A stretch of 32,000 nt of DNA. It comes from Erysipelotrichaceae bacterium MTC7. Its GTDB lineage: Bacteria; Bacillota_I; Bacilli_A; Erysipelotrichales; Erysipelotrichaceae. Location of the stretch: contig LVZN01000002.1 of assembly GCA_001695645.1 (NCBI GenBank), positions 30,001-62,000 on the forward strand, in the 5' to 3' direction. The notes beneath the pieces are model-generated. The model saw only the letters and a list, made by a program, of their open reading frames with translations. It ran no database searches and was not told the DNA's origin. Below, one piece after another: positions 31,574-32,000 of the stretch. Position 1 is the first letter of the stretch, and each line of letters opens with the position of its first letter. A program made the position numbers and the translations under genes.

Positions 31574-31734
31574 CAACGCCGCTGTTCCTGCTCCGGTGTG
31601 TGCAGATCGGGCTTTCCATCTCGGAACTCGATCTGCTCACCATCGGGACGGTGAACGATATGTATGCGGAAATGTCAAATGATGACTGGGACTACGCGCA
31701 GGTCGCTACCCAGGAGCAGATGGACAGATTTTAA
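31570..31734 (+). CDS. T-segment of the tail chaperone (expressed as a G-T fusion by -1 frameshift, or possibly on its own from the ATG at 31570)
   Basis: My translation: MTTPLFLLRCVQIGLSISELDLLTIGTVNDMYAEMSNDDWDYAQVATQEQMDRF. It is in the -1 frame relative to gpG. Confidence 0.55.
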   Translation: MTTPLFLLRCVQIGLSISELDLLTIGTVNDMYAEMSNDDWDYAQVATQEQMDRF

Positions 31735-31752
31735 CGAAGGGAGGCAGGACGC

Positions 31753-32000
31753 ATGGCTGACAGAATTAAGGGCATAACAGTCGAGATCGGCGGCGATACG
31801 ACCGGCCTCTCGAAAGCCCTGTCCGGCGTAAACAAAGAGATAAAGTCCACGCAGACACAGCTGAAGGACGTCAATAAATTACTGAAGCTTGATCCTACGA
31901 ATACAACGCTCCTTCAGCAGAAACAGCAGCTCTTAAAGACCGCCATCTCCGAAACGAAGGACAAGCTGACGCAGCTGAAATCCGTGCAGGATCAGATGGA
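31753..32000 (+). CDS. Tape measure protein, N-terminal fragment (continues beyond the window)
   Basis: GAAGGGAGG RBS. MADRIKGITVEIGGDTTGLSKALSGVNKEIKSTQTQLKDVNKLLKLDP is the canonical TMP N-terminus. Confidence 0.8.
   Translation, partial: MADRIKGITVEIGGDTTGLSKALSGVNKEIKSTQTQLKDVNKLLKLDPTNTTLLQQKQQLLKTAISETKDKLTQLKSVQDQM

Larger units (their letters stand above)
1900..32000 (+). mobile_element. Siphovirus-type phage/prophage segment (early regulation, replication, packaging, accessory island, HK97-like head, start of tail); continues past the right edge
   Basis: Uninterrupted + strand gene array with abutting or overlapping stops and starts. Canonical TerS/TerL/portal/ClpP protease/HK97 capsid/tail tube/tape measure order. 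No integrase, repressor or lysis genes in the window, so the left boundary is approximate and rests on the G+C shift and divergent promoter region. Confidence 0.85.

Overview
Nearly the whole window (about 1.9 kb to the right edge) is one siphovirus-type phage or prophage with HK97-like morphogenesis genes. By hand count it is roughly 55-62% G+C, which fits a Clostridia-like Firmicute host. All phage genes are on the + strand and tightly packed. In order they are: a sigma-70 region-4-like early regulator; a replication module (DUF2800 nuclease, DUF2815 SSB-like protein, family-A DNA polymerase, VirE-type primase-helicase, VRR-NUC, SNF2 helicase); a late-activator-like HTH protein; an HNH endonuclease; and a P27-type small terminase. 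An accessory island of about 8.4 kb then separates terS from terL. It holds a compact MetK-like SAM synthetase, a ParB-DNA methylase fusion, a 712-aa C5-cytosine methylase with about 11 TRD-like repeats, and four moron units that each sit behind the same repeated promoter cassette. Those units include an amidoligase, a catalytically gutted amidoligase paralog, and a gamma-glutamylcyclotransferase. After the island come TerL, portal, ClpP-like prohead protease, HK97-type capsid, connector and tail-completion genes, major tail protein, a G/GT tail chaperone with a -1 frameshift site, and the start of the tape measure gene. At the left edge, on the - strand, is a lower-G+C operon with a near-consensus promoter. 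It resembles an ABC-three-component (ABC-3C) conflict system (effector plus middle component) and is cut off by the window. Non-coding signals include a 3-copy terminator-plus-box element, a 4-copy promoter cassette, an iteron-rich putative origin, and a structured 82-nt element inside the amidoligase operon. All family names come from motif recognition by eye. No database search was run.
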